Virus record (IMG/VR): IMGVR_UViG_3300042389_001478
Location: 64,001 to 128,000 of that record
Reading direction: 5' to 3' (one strand)
From: a virus
DNA length: 64,000 bases
Numbering within the stretch: position 1 is the stretch's first letter; each line of letters opens with the position of its first letter. Under the pieces are notes generated by a model. It worked only from the letters and a program-made list of their open reading frames with translations, had not been told where the DNA came from and did no database searches. Position numbers and translations under genes: made by a program. Shown piece after piece: positions 32,859 through 43,685 of this stretch.

Positions 32859-35800
32859 ATGGGATGTAACTTATATAAAAAGCCTTTTTTATTTGATGTA
32901 GACTATAATCAATTTAATATTGATATTTCTAAATTAAGAGATTTAATTCCTAGGTTTGATCCAGCCACTAGTGGTCTTTGGTTTCCTGTTATTGTTAAAT
33001 CTAGTCAATCAAATACTAGTAAAGTAGACCCATTAATACCAGCACGAAGCAATGTTGTCAGCGCATCTTTTGATCCTACCAATTGTATTCCTGATACGAC
33101 CAAGGACTACGATCAGCTAGAATCAGACCCCATAGTTAATTGCCAGTACTGTTCTGTAAAAGAACCAAACTATCAGAAACAATGGCAGTTAAAAGATACA
33201 GAAGGGAATGTTAGACAGACAAGGAACGGAGACCTCCCTCTTGAAGATCAATATATTTATTCGAATTGTTGCAACGGAGCTTGTGACACCAGAATGAAAA
33301 AAGACGATTATATTCCTAAAATTCCTTTTATTAATCAAAATTATATTACTTCATTTTCTGATTTTAAATATTTAAATCAATTTCCTGCAACCAACAATCC
33401 TGGCTTGGGATTTGAGGACTTTATTACGCTAAATGAAAATGGATTATCAAGTTTTAATATCTCTCCATCTCTTATTATTGACTGGAAACTAAGAGAAACT
33501 ATTTCTGAAATACCCTACGACGAATTAACCTCTCAACATGCTAATATAGAACAGCACAATAAATCATTTAATAAGTCATTAAATACTAATAGAACTTGTG
33601 GAAATTTTATATTAACACAAATTAATCCAGCTGTTCAGGATATACATCCTGCTTATCCTATATTTTCTGGACTTATTGGAGACTCAGATCAATCAAGGGT
33701 CACTCTTCCACTAGGTCAGCTATTGCCAGTCGCCTCTAATTTTACTAATCCTTATGGTTTTTCTAAAAACACATATGATAATATATTTATCCACAATGAA
33801 AAATTGGGGTCTCACTGGAAATGGAATTATAGCTCTGGTGTTTTATGCTGGTACAGATATTTTGATACTAATTTAACAAACGACCCTCGCCCTATAAGGG
33901 GTATCGATTTATATATTTCTCCTGGAGATGTCTTTTTTGCTACTAACGATGGACCAGAACCGCTACCTGTTGCCTATGATGTAAATAGGGTGGACATAAA
34001 ACCATGTCCATCTGGAATAAAATTATTAAAGAATGGCTCTGTTGCTGGCGTTATACCTAGTGGATCAAACTTTACTTATATTTCTAGTAATATTTATAAC
34101 AAATTTATAGAATTATACGAGAGAATTAGCGAAGCAGATATTTTGGATGAAACTAATATGACACCAAAAGCTAGATTTGACTTGGCGGCCTTAATGTCCA
34201 CAGCCCCCGAGTATGATGAGATCACTGTAGATCTTTTAAAAAGAAATAGATCATATGAATATAATATAAACCAATATAAGCAGATAACTGAGCTAAATAA
34301 GGATATGACCACTAGCAAGATTGGTTCAGTATCTAAGCTAAATTTTATTGCAGACAAAGAAAGTTTAATTAATACTTTGGCAGATAAGTACGGGTGTTAT
34401 CTTTGGTTTCCTCCAGGCTCTAATAGTGAGGCCAGGACGACCACCCTTAAGTTGAGTAATAAAATTAAAAGTCAATGCCTCATAGACCTTGAGTTTGATG
34501 TTGTCTTCGATCATGAAGATACACAATTCGCTCTTGGTGCTTCATGCGACACAACGATAGACTGTGATGACAATATTTTTATAAAATCATTTGTGTATAA
34601 TCAACAATTTTCTTTAGGTAATATAAAAGTTAATACCGAAGTAGATACTAGTACCAGATATGCTACAAAATGTGCTGAAAAGGGAATAGTCAAGACTAAA
34701 TCCGCAAAAACAGCAGGAATATTTTTAAACAATGGACTAATTAAGGAAATAATCTATAATAGTGGCTGTTCAGTTTTCCAAGATAATTATCCTAGAATTA
34801 TAACAGATAGTACTCCTAATACTAGCTATTGTTCTGAGTGCGGAAGCGAGTCCAGCTATAAGCTGCCAAATGTACAAAGCGATAATATCTGTAGGGGTTA
34901 TTCTGGTGACCAAAGCTGGTGCGATGCTACACTAGCCAGATTCTATAATAACAGCGAAGGTCAAAACATAACAGGAGATAGACTATCCAGATCGATTTTG
35001 GACGGAACATTATATTTTAAGAGAACATACCCAGTAAATACATTTAATCCTCATATTGATAGACTAGCATTTCATAGTCAAGGTGGTCTTTATTATGTTT
35101 CAAATATTTTAGGAGGCATCAGCGGAACCACTATTTTTGCTAAAAATGCTTCTCAATTATTTACTGGTTCTGATGGAGACCAACTATCTATTTCTTTTAC
35201 CAATAAGAATGTTGGAATTAAACTATTTAATATTTCTATTCAAAAACTTAGAAGCTCATCAAGCGATACCTATGATTGCAAAGCTTTTCCTGTCAAAGAC
35301 TCATGTCAATGTTTTAATCTAAGCACTTTTGCAGACTATCCGTCTAAGTGTGGAGATGGAGCAATTACATACACAAACAACCCCATATTATATACTCCTG
35401 GTCTTTCTACTAATAATAGCCCTAGACTCAAAGCATATGGAGGATATTCTCTAGAAAAAATTGCAGAATTATTGGGTGGCGCTGATATAGTAGAAAATAT
35501 ATCCAGAACAGAACAACAAATTCTTGCTACTAAGAAAAAAATAGCTCTTACTGTAGATCCGGATACTTTGTCTACATTAAATAATACGCTTAGTGAACTA
35601 TTAAGAGAACTATCTGGACTTAGAGAGTCTTTATCTTTAACGTCAAGAATACCAAATCATCCAGCACCTGGGTCTTTATTGTCTCCTGTCAACACCAAAA
35701 TTGATCCATTAAATCCATATGGGTGTGAGAAGTCTGTTACTATCACATTAAATAATTATGTTGCAACTAATTGGACGGTGCTTTTGCCGTCCTATAATAC

Positions 35801-38800
35801 TATACATGCTGATGTTTGGGCAGAAGTTCTTGAAAATGTTAATTTATTTAAGTCTAATGTGTTTAGTGTAGATTTTGATAGTGGAGATATAGTATCGACA
35901 CCTAATCAAGGATATCAGAGATTCACTACTAAAGTTGTTTTAAATGAAAACATTACGATATATGATCAACAAAAAAAGGCGATTATTAACAAGGGAGGTG
36001 GACAAGCTTCTTCGGTAGTTATAGACTTGGTTAACCCATTTTTATCTGCCTTAATAGGACGAAGAGATGACGGTAATGATTTTTGTCTTTATCCACCAGC
36101 TGGGTCGTTGTGTGATACAAATAATGTTTTTGCTACTAGAGGCGATGAAATATCTAGCATTCCAATTAAATTTAGTAGAATTCCAAGAAAACAAATTTTA
36201 AATTTTTCTATACCAGCATATACCGCTATGGGAAATCTAAAAAGAGGCTTTTTCCATCCGAATAGTGGGTTGTCTTTTAATAGAGAATATTTTAATTTAT
36301 CACCAATTATTCAGGATAGGAGTAAGCATACTTCATATATAGATTACGAAAAAGAAGTCTTCAACCCAGAAGCATCATATGGAAATGGTTTGGTTTTAAT
36401 TGGAGAATTAAATAGCGATATCGAGCGAGTCTTAACGCAAGTTAATAATTTTTCAGATCACAGAAAACTCAGACTATATTTAAAGCTTGGTGACGGCTGG
36501 TATATGTATAATAATCCAAATAGTTTTGGATTTTTTAATAAAGAACAATTGTATGTTGGTGAACCATTTATGTTTGAATATTTATCTTCAGAAGATAAAT
36601 CAACAATACAAGGACCATGGACACAAACCTGCGCTAAAGAGCCCATAGAATTCGATTTTCTATATAATTATCGCCCCACCGGAACTAGTATATTAGACTA
36701 TAATACCAACAAATATCCATTATACATTGCATCTGTTAGTAAAAACCCAAATAAACAAGATACTGTTATGCTAGATGGAGCTAGACCATATTTTTATATC
36801 GGAGAAAAAGAGAATGTAGTAGTATCTAACAGTAGCTCAATCGAGGGATTGGACTCAGTAGAACAAGACCTAATCTCCACTACGAACCCAGTTGTTTTAT
36901 TAACTAATGGAGATAGATGGAAATATTTAGGGGGAAGTAAAACAAGCCTATCGTCTTATGAATTAACAGACTATAATTATTTATATAGTAATTTTAGCAG
37001 TTTACATATTGACTATGCCTTAAAAAGTAAAAAAGGATATGTATATAACACTAAAATGTTTTGTGACCAAGACGTGACAATAGTTAATAAAGCAAATCCA
37101 AAACAAAAATATACAAGTAAAATTATAGAAAAATCTATTTATTCTTTTGCTGTTGATCAATATGGAAACTCTCTGGATGCTGATTCTATAAATCCCGGAA
37201 AATATATCAAAATTTACACTAGATTAAAACTAGACAAAAAACTTAAATATGATAATGCATACCTGGATTTCTCGACCCTATATAATAATTTTCAAACACT
37301 AAACGGTATTGATTCTTTTATAGTTTATAGAGATTTTAAACCTCTCCTTAAAAATGAGACGGATGAACTTTTACGAAATTCTTTGTTTTCTACCAAATGG
37401 GGAGATGTTATTGAGTTTGACAATAGGCTTAGCTCTGAATTAAATCAATATATTAGTTCTGCTGCTTATATTAATAATAATTATCCATATTCTTTATATG
37501 ATAATTTATTTTATAAAATAATTATTAACAATACTAATATTGAAAAATTTAATTATATTATTAAGCCCAAAAATAATTCCGACATACAAGTATCATATGA
37601 CGGCCCAGTATACTACACTCTTCATCAAAAATATAATATCGGATCAAATAATTATTTGACAAAATCTGATTTTCATAGTCAGGACAATTATTTGCCTTTG
37701 ATAGATATCAATTTTATACCCACACCAGGAACAAACTCACAGTCAGTAAGAGGTCAGATATCACAGCAACTGAGCTCGTTGCAAAATCAGAGCCTATTAA
37801 ATGGAAAAATTATTATTAGCGGAGCATATAAGAACTTAGCCCCAGACCATGAATGGGGTGATTTTAAATCGCCGAATGATACAAGATATTTTTGGATCAA
37901 TATGAACCCAAGTAATAAGTTAAAATCTGCTCTTTCATTTACCAGCGAGACTCATTTTTACTCAAACACCTTAAGAGTAGACGACCCCCCATTTACATTA
38001 TCTTCCTTAAATAGCTCTATGCAATTTGGTCAATCTAATTGCTTCAGATCGTTTACTGCTTCACTTCCAAATTATAATAATTTAACTATTAGCTCTAATA
38101 ATTTAAATTTTACAAACTTTAATACTAATATATTTCAGACAGATGTTTTTGCAAGATATCCTATATATTGTGATACTGATACTGTTGGTAATTGTGCCAG
38201 TCAATTATGTGGCATTAATACTGCTGGGTGGACAACAGTAAAGGCGGATTATACAACATATACAGAAAAAGAACCAGATATTAGTAGTATTTTATCTAAT
38301 AGTATTCCTTTTATGTTGTCATATGATGCTGGCTTATATAATATTGTTGGTAATACTGGTATCAAATATATTCAAAGATTCGAACTAGAACCTAATAACA
38401 TACTATATCCCGAATCAGCTTGCGATAGTTCTGTGGGGCCAAGGCCAGCGGCAGCAAGATATTCAGTATTAAACAGCGAGTATCAGTCTTTGTTGTCTAA
38501 TAGTATTGTAAACGACCACACCAGCGTTGTTACTAATACAGATATATTAGCTAATGAAATGTTGTTTAGGTTGCTATATGGAGAACAACAACGAATTAAT
38601 TTAGACAGGATTGACGGATCAAGAGATAGAGTTACCTTAACTGATTTATTAAAGTATAGTTATCCCAAAGTAGAAGCAAAAGACGTATATAAAAATATAC
38701 CATATGATTTAGATATTGATGCCGATATTTCTAATCGTAAAACTACTGGGTCCATATCTATAGATGGCATCTTAGCAGTAGGAAAAAATATAACTATTAC

Positions 38801-41141
38801 TATAAATAATTTAGATATTAATATTAAAATATCAAGAGTGAACGGCAAGATTAAAGCAATAGCAAGTATTTCTGGTCATGACAGCTTAGAATCAATTCTA
38901 TATTCAGAAGAGGATATTTATACCACCCCCTTTGTTTCTACTCAGCCTGTTTTTCCGGCAAATGAAGATGAATACTTTGATGATCCGATACTATGTAAAG
39001 AACGACAACAAGTGAGTATTAATCTAAGTAGTAAGATTGTAAAAGCCACTATTAAAAATAGGGCATGCGATGGAACAGATGTGGAGTTTCCATACTGGAA
39101 AGCTTCGGATAATCCAAATGGTAGGCCATGTAATCCGAATGGACTTGGCGACAACATTTGGGGAGCATGCTTACCGGAGCGAGTTCACCTGGGCTGGGGA
39201 AATTATATTGATATTCGCCCAGAAGATAGGGGTCATCCAGGAATAGCTTTTGTTAATGTTGGAGGGTGTGCTGGCACAGCAACAACGCCATATAACGCAT
39301 GTACTAATCGAGGGGTTGGCGAAACACAAATACCAAATGGATGCTCGATTATAGCTGCTCCAAAGAATCCTTTTAAGGCTACCCTCAGATCTAATGGAGT
39401 ATCTAGAGGGGTTATGTATGGTTGTCATATTAATGGAGGAACTGCAACAACCCAATACGATTTAGCATATACCAATGAAGGAGGGATAGAAAGCTTTATT
39501 AGCACCAGCCTTATAGACGGTGTACGAGGTTTATCATTAAATCCCAGATACGAATCCTCAGACTGCGGCACTTGTTTTAGTTTAAATGCTAGTAGTTGGA
39601 ATAATATTCCGATATACAATAGTCTAGGTAGAGATTGGCCAGTTGTCCCCGTAACAACAAATGACGCATGTGAATGCTCCGATTACACTTATGGATACTG
39701 TAGAAGTTCTGAGAATATTCAAGGATGTGCTTGTAAATCTTTAAATTATGAGTATGCTGATTTCGATTATAATTTTGAGTATTGTAGACACTCTATCAAG
39801 CTCAAAGGATTTAAGAGAAAGCTTACAGGATATCTAAAAGATCCTAAAATGATTATTGATGATCCTCCAGATTTTGGTGGTAGAGTTGCCCCAACCACCT
39901 TAGCTAGTGGTGATATAGACAACTTAAAGATTGAAGAAGAGTGTGTGTGGTATTCTTGTCCATTGACTAATCCGATAACTTATTATGTGTATAATAGACA
40001 AAATATAATTCGTCGCAGCGCATATGCCACCAATTGTCCAACGCGTTTATGTGATATAACCTATAATAATAATAGTACTACAATAGTATTATCTGGAGCG
40101 AATGGGTTGATATCCAGATGTATTAAGAATAGTCTTGGAAGCGATTGTCCAAAAATAAGGGTGGTTGTTCCTGATGATAGTTTTAAGGTTGTTGACTCAA
40201 TTAATAGCTCATGCGACATTTGCGGATCAGAAACCGATGAAGCTATCATGATAGATCAGCATCCAGCTTGGGATATTATTACCGAGACGAGAACATGTGT
40301 CTTAGGGTATTTATTACAAAATAATCCTAATACAAATGGTCCGGTAGGAATTGGCGGATGTCAAACAATTCCTTGTGATATTTGTCTGGCATGTCCTGAT
40401 GCTAATAGCTGTAATGGCTGGTCTAGTACTCATTGTGGCCGGGGTTTGTGTGGAAAGTCCGCGCCGGAGTCTTTCCCGTGGCATGTTTGTATAAATAAAA
40501 TAGGAGGAGGAAGCGTTGGAATACCAGGCAATACAGACGCTGTACGTCTTATTGGGGAATATTTTGGTGGCCAAAACCCAAATTATAATGGCAGGACACC
40601 CACAATTATAGGATGCGACATCCCCGTGAACTTTGATCTGGCTACTTCTGGAGCAGGTAACCGACTATTGAATTCTGAGTGGGAGTCCAATATGAAACAA
40701 GCTTATGATAATATTGCTGTGTGCAAGAACAATATAGACCGATATAGGATTGAAGATATTGTAGAAGGTGTTATTCCCGGTACTTGTGGTAAGTTAACTT
40801 TCACAGAATTAATTTATCCAGGCATTAAATATAGGTCTACTTTAGGAAGCATTTCTTCTCCAGCCATACCCGATGTTGAAGATATTGACATTATAGTAAG
40901 ACTGGCATATTATACATATCAATACAGAAGACCTAAAACTATTCAAGATATTTTAAAAGGAGTAGAAACTTCTATTAAATGCAACGAACAAGCCACCTCC
41001 TGCATGACATCTAATATTAGGCTATCTTCCGCATATAAAAGCATAGATTGCAATTCAACGCCAATTTGTTATAATACAGACGCATCAAGATGCGATAGTA
41101 CTAACAGGTGTTGTCAAGCAGGCAGGATTCAATATGAATAA
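32859..41141 (+). CDS. Very large cysteine-rich virion (tail-associated) protein, 2,760 aa
   Basis: Continuous ORF coupled to the previous gene; Cys clusters throughout, about 43 Cys in the last ~715 aa by manual count. Virion role inferred from position. Confidence 0.65.
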   Translation: MGCNLYKKPFLFDVDYNQFNIDISKLRDLIPRFDPATSGLWFPVIVKSSQSNTSKVDPLIPARSNVVSASFDPTNCIPDTTKDYDQLESDPIVNCQYCSVKEPNYQKQWQLKDTEGNVRQTRNGDLPLEDQYIYSNCCNGACDTRMKKDDYIPKIPFINQNYITSFSDFKYLNQFPATNNPGLGFEDFITLNENGLSSFNISPSLIIDWKLRETISEIPYDELTSQHANIEQHNKSFNKSLNTNRTCGNFILTQINPAVQDIHPAYPIFSGLIGDSDQSRVTLPLGQLLPVASNFTNPYGFSKNTYDNIFIHNEKLGSHWKWNYSSGVLCWYRYFDTNLTNDPRPIRGIDLYISPGDVFFATNDGPEPLPVAYDVNRVDIKPCPSGIKLLKNGSVAGVIPSGSNFTYISSNIYNKFIELYERISEADILDETNMTPKARFDLAALMSTAPEYDEITVDLLKRNRSYEYNINQYKQITELNKDMTTSKIGSVSKLNFIADKESLINTLADKYGCYLWFPPGSNSEARTTTLKLSNKIKSQCLIDLEFDVVFDHEDTQFALGASCDTTIDCDDNIFIKSFVYNQQFSLGNIKVNTEVDTSTRYATKCAEKGIVKTKSAKTAGIFLNNGLIKEIIYNSGCSVFQDNYPRIITDSTPNTSYCSECGSESSYKLPNVQSDNICRGYSGDQSWCDATLARFYNNSEGQNITGDRLSRSILDGTLYFKRTYPVNTFNPHIDRLAFHSQGGLYYVSNILGGISGTTIFAKNASQLFTGSDGDQLSISFTNKNVGIKLFNISIQKLRSSSSDTYDCKAFPVKDSCQCFNLSTFADYPSKCGDGAITYTNNPILYTPGLSTNNSPRLKAYGGYSLEKIAELLGGADIVENISRTEQQILATKKKIALTVDPDTLSTLNNTLSELLRELSGLRESLSLTSRIPNHPAPGSLLSPVNTKIDPLNPYGCEKSVTITLNNYVATNWTVLLPSYNTIHADVWAEVLENVNLFKSNVFSVDFDSGDIVSTPNQGYQRFTTKVVLNENITIYDQQKKAIINKGGGQASSVVIDLVNPFLSALIGRRDDGNDFCLYPPAGSLCDTNNVFATRGDEISSIPIKFSRIPRKQILNFSIPAYTAMGNLKRGFFHPNSGLSFNREYFNLSPIIQDRSKHTSYIDYEKEVFNPEASYGNGLVLIGELNSDIERVLTQVNNFSDHRKLRLYLKLGDGWYMYNNPNSFGFFNKEQLYVGEPFMFEYLSSEDKSTIQGPWTQTCAKEPIEFDFLYNYRPTGTSILDYNTNKYPLYIASVSKNPNKQDTVMLDGARPYFYIGEKENVVVSNSSSIEGLDSVEQDLISTTNPVVLLTNGDRWKYLGGSKTSLSSYELTDYNYLYSNFSSLHIDYALKSKKGYVYNTKMFCDQDVTIVNKANPKQKYTSKIIEKSIYSFAVDQYGNSLDADSINPGKYIKIYTRLKLDKKLKYDNAYLDFSTLYNNFQTLNGIDSFIVYRDFKPLLKNETDELLRNSLFSTKWGDVIEFDNRLSSELNQYISSAAYINNNYPYSLYDNLFYKIIINNTNIEKFNYIIKPKNNSDIQVSYDGPVYYTLHQKYNIGSNNYLTKSDFHSQDNYLPLIDINFIPTPGTNSQSVRGQISQQLSSLQNQSLLNGKIIISGAYKNLAPDHEWGDFKSPNDTRYFWINMNPSNKLKSALSFTSETHFYSNTLRVDDPPFTLSSLNSSMQFGQSNCFRSFTASLPNYNNLTISSNNLNFTNFNTNIFQTDVFARYPIYCDTDTVGNCASQLCGINTAGWTTVKADYTTYTEKEPDISSILSNSIPFMLSYDAGLYNIVGNTGIKYIQRFELEPNNILYPESACDSSVGPRPAAARYSVLNSEYQSLLSNSIVNDHTSVVTNTDILANEMLFRLLYGEQQRINLDRIDGSRDRVTLTDLLKYSYPKVEAKDVYKNIPYDLDIDADISNRKTTGSISIDGILAVGKNITITINNLDINIKISRVNGKIKAIASISGHDSLESILYSEEDIYTTPFVSTQPVFPANEDEYFDDPILCKERQQVSINLSSKIVKATIKNRACDGTDVEFPYWKASDNPNGRPCNPNGLGDNIWGACLPERVHLGWGNYIDIRPEDRGHPGIAFVNVGGCAGTATTPYNACTNRGVGETQIPNGCSIIAAPKNPFKATLRSNGVSRGVMYGCHINGGTATTQYDLAYTNEGGIESFISTSLIDGVRGLSLNPRYESSDCGTCFSLNASSWNNIPIYNSLGRDWPVVPVTTNDACECSDYTYGYCRSSENIQGCACKSLNYEYADFDYNFEYCRHSIKLKGFKRKLTGYLKDPKMIIDDPPDFGGRVAPTTLASGDIDNLKIEEECVWYSCPLTNPITYYVYNRQNIIRRSAYATNCPTRLCDITYNNNSTTIVLSGANGLISRCIKNSLGSDCPKIRVVVPDDSFKVVDSINSSCDICGSETDEAIMIDQHPAWDIITETRTCVLGYLLQNNPNTNGPVGIGGCQTIPCDICLACPDANSCNGWSSTHCGRGLCGKSAPESFPWHVCINKIGGGSVGIPGNTDAVRLIGEYFGGQNPNYNGRTPTIIGCDIPVNFDLATSGAGNRLLNSEWESNMKQAYDNIAVCKNNIDRYRIEDIVEGVIPGTCGKLTFTELIYPGIKYRSTLGSISSPAIPDVEDIDIIVRLAYYTYQYRRPKTIQDILKGVETSIKCNEQATSCMTSNIRLSSAYKSIDCNSTPICYNTDASRCDSTNRCCQAGRIQYE

Positions 41142-41625
41142 TGGAACATATTGCGACTTAAAACCACTCAATGCTTTTTTTAATAATAAGCCCCTTTATA
41201 AGTGCGATTATTGTGGATTAACGGTGGGCTTAGAGATACCTGACACCAAGATTTTATGCTTTAAAAAGATGGAAGACATAACAAATAAAATTCATCAATC
41301 TCATACTGGGCAAAGTCAGAACGCGGAACATATCTCAGGCAATCAAGATGTATCCAGCGTTATTTTGGACAAGATCGCAGAAGACAGCAAAGAGAAATAT
41401 TTAAGAGAGCAAGAGCAAAATCAGAAGCAGAACCAGCCCGATAATCTGTGCTCGCCTCAACAAATAGAAGAAAGATTAAAGGTTTGTAACTCTTGCGAAT
41501 ATTTCCAAAATAATTCTTGTTTATTGTGTGGTTGTACTGTTATTAGGGATGCTAATCATCAAAATAAATTAGCTCATAAAGACCAAAAATGTCCAGCAGA
41601 TAAGTGGGGGCCTATTGTGGATTAG
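41134..41625 (+). CDS. Small Cys-rich protein (DUF6171-like C-terminal motif)
   Basis: N-terminal C..CxxC..C; C-terminal ERLKVCNSCEYFQNNSCLLCGC...KCPADKW; overlaps the upstream stop by 8 nt. Confidence 0.65.
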   Translation: MNNGTYCDLKPLNAFFNNKPLYKCDYCGLTVGLEIPDTKILCFKKMEDITNKIHQSHTGQSQNAEHISGNQDVSSVILDKIAEDSKEKYLREQEQNQKQNQPDNLCSPQQIEERLKVCNSCEYFQNNSCLLCGCTVIRDANHQNKLAHKDQKCPADKWGPIVD

Positions 41626-42652
41626 GCTTATCTATATTAAGATCTTTGGTGGAAAAGCGTATAACTTGTTGTGGTTGCTGACCAAAAACCGCCATAGCTT
41701 TTATAGTTTTAGTCCCCTTGTTTGTCTTTATTAAGACAGTAACCGGCACGGAAGGTAATCCAGACCAATTTCTAAAGTTATGTATGCCAACAATAAAGTC
41801 TCCATCAGGAGATGATCCAAAAGGCCAGAAAACATTTTCAACAGCCCGAGCAGCCAAGTTAGCGGGGTGGGCATTCATATCAACATCCAACATCCCACCA
41901 TTAATACCTGCTCTATTCATCCACGAGATATAAGAAAACTGCCCAAACTTATCTTGAAACTTAACATGAAGATCAATATCGTCCACAGAATCCCAGGCTA
42001 AAGAAATCTGAACATCTCCAGTTTTAGCTCCAGCGCCCTGTAGTCTTTGTCTAATTTTAGCAACTTCCGTAGAATCCTCAGTATCTCCGATAACATTATC
42101 AGCCCCTAGGGTTCTTTGATTTCTAAAGGGCTGTTGATTGGGGAAAGGATTCCTATGGGTTGTTCTCGCTTCGATTCTATCAGTGGTTCTGATTAGTTGT
42201 TTTGAAACCTTCTCTTTTTCTTCTGAAACTATTACTCTATTCAGGTCTTCATTTGATACTAATTCTGTAATATCTTTTTCTCTAGAAGTTTCTTTCTCAA
42301 TTTCTGGAGACTGAATATCTGAGACTTCTACCGAGGAATCTATAGCATCATCGAGAAACGAAGTGTCCTGAGCTATTTCTTCATTTTGCTGCGTTTGTTC
42401 TATCTCTATTTCTGGAATATCTTCTAGGCTCACAGCATTATTGTCGCTAGCAGATGAGAAAGACAAAGATAGCTTTACTGTTTTAGTCTGCTCATTACTG
42501 AAAATGGTTAATGCCATAATCAAAAATAAGCAGGTGTGAATAATAGTGCTATGAATTATACCGGTTTGGTATAGCTGCATTATAGCAGAATCTATTTTGG
42601 CCTGAGTTGTTTTTAGCTTTTTTCTACCTGATTTTTTTGCCATTTGTGCCAA
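41612..42652 (-). CDS. Membrane-anchored protein with C-terminal YfaP/DUF2135-like domain
   Basis: N-terminal TM IIHSTIIHTCLFLIMALTIF, acidic linker, then GDVQISLAWDSVDDIDLHV...GGMLDVDMN...VENVFW. Exact start uncertain. Confidence 0.75.
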   Translation of the reverse strand: MAQMAKKSGRKKLKTTQAKIDSAIMQLYQTGIIHSTIIHTCLFLIMALTIFSNEQTKTVKLSLSFSSASDNNAVSLEDIPEIEIEQTQQNEEIAQDTSFLDDAIDSSVEVSDIQSPEIEKETSREKDITELVSNEDLNRVIVSEEKEKVSKQLIRTTDRIEARTTHRNPFPNQQPFRNQRTLGADNVIGDTEDSTEVAKIRQRLQGAGAKTGDVQISLAWDSVDDIDLHVKFQDKFGQFSYISWMNRAGINGGMLDVDMNAHPANLAARAVENVFWPFGSSPDGDFIVGIHNFRNWSGLPSVPVTVLIKTNKGTKTIKAMAVFGQQPQQVIRFSTKDLNIDKPNPQ

Positions 42653-42945
42653 CCATTATTTGGTAACCAATTGTTTTCTTCATCCTTACGTCTCGGGAAG
42701 AGCGTTCCGCCCTTTTTATGCTGGCCGAAGGCCAACACCGCGCCACAATCATTACATCTTAATTCATAGTAGTCGTTACCATCGACATTTCTTACTACAA
42801 ATTTCAAATTAGATTTACCACATAAGCCACACTTTTCTTCAGAAAAAATCTCCTGAATTAAGGCTAACTCCTTAAAGATTTCTTTTTGTCCAGCGCCTTC
42901 TAGCTCAAACGACAATCTTTCATTAGCCTTATATGTTGCTTTCAT
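42613..42945 (-). CDS. Hypothetical zinc-ribbon protein, 110 aa
   Basis: CGLCG...RCNDCG pairs; fits operon tiling. Confidence 0.75.
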   Translation of the reverse strand: MKATYKANERLSFELEGAGQKEIFKELALIQEIFSEEKCGLCGKSNLKFVVRNVDGNDYYELRCNDCGAVLAFGQHKKGGTLFPRRKDEENNWLPNNGWHKWQKNQVEKS

Positions 42946-42947
42946 AG

Positions 42948-43682
42948 TTACTTCCAGTTTGCTTGATAGCCTAATAAATCTGAAGGAATTTTACTCATAT
43001 CTTGCTGATAGGCGGTGAGTTGTTTTATGATACCCACTGCGTTCTCATGAGATATATTATATATGTTGCTTTCAGTTATGGCAAGCTGACTTATTAGTAA
43101 AATAACATTAATATTTAGCCTTTGGGCAATCACATCTATAAAGTTGATTTGGTTCACACTAATTTTAGATACCGAGTTTTCATCTGGATGATCTTCAATA
43201 TCTTTTGCTATTTCTTCAGCAGCCACAACCTTTCTTAGCTTAAGGGCTCGCCTCAAAGCCCTACCCTCAGCCCTGGTTTCTGCAACAGCGGTCGGATGGT
43301 TACGATATGTCTTATCACAATTACCCCAGTAAACGTCAGCAGAGCCGCTGACAGTCCTGAATTTAGATTCTTGGGGTAGTGTCTCATCCTTTAAAAAATA
43401 AGCCAGCCTATGGACAACCGTAGCTCTCTTTTCGTTCTCTGGAGTAGGAACTTGTGTTACGTCGCTTGTGGACTCAATCAGATCACAATTTAGAGCAATT
43501 TCAAAAATACGTCTTAGTCCATCAGTTGTTGGATTACCGGCTATTTTTTCATCGTCGGACAATAGGCTTAAAACATGATCGGTCCAACCAATATCATTAG
43601 GCGTTAGTTTAACAACCTCAACAGCTGGTGTGCTGACTGGCTCCTCGATTGATTCTGTAGCGATCTTCTTTTCCTTGGCCAT
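42948..43682 (-). CDS. Rad52/Sak-like single-strand annealing protein
   Basis: PTTDGLRR ... RATVVH ... SGSAD ... AVAETRAEGRALRRAL signature helix; small helical C-terminal domain (KISVNQINFI). Confidence 0.6.
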   Translation of the reverse strand: MAKEKKIATESIEEPVSTPAVEVVKLTPNDIGWTDHVLSLLSDDEKIAGNPTTDGLRRIFEIALNCDLIESTSDVTQVPTPENEKRATVVHRLAYFLKDETLPQESKFRTVSGSADVYWGNCDKTYRNHPTAVAETRAEGRALRRALKLRKVVAAEEIAKDIEDHPDENSVSKISVNQINFIDVIAQRLNINVILLISQLAITESNIYNISHENAVGIIKQLTAYQQDMSKIPSDLLGYQANWK

Positions 43683-43685
43683 TAT

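Noticed and set aside
344-40574. Many short antisense or alternate-frame ORFs in the track overlapping the long + strand genes, and similar + strand ORFs over the - strand operon (41.7-63.4 kb)
   Set aside because: They lie entirely within long, well-supported genes, lack RBS or recognisable motifs, and look like codon-bias shadows.
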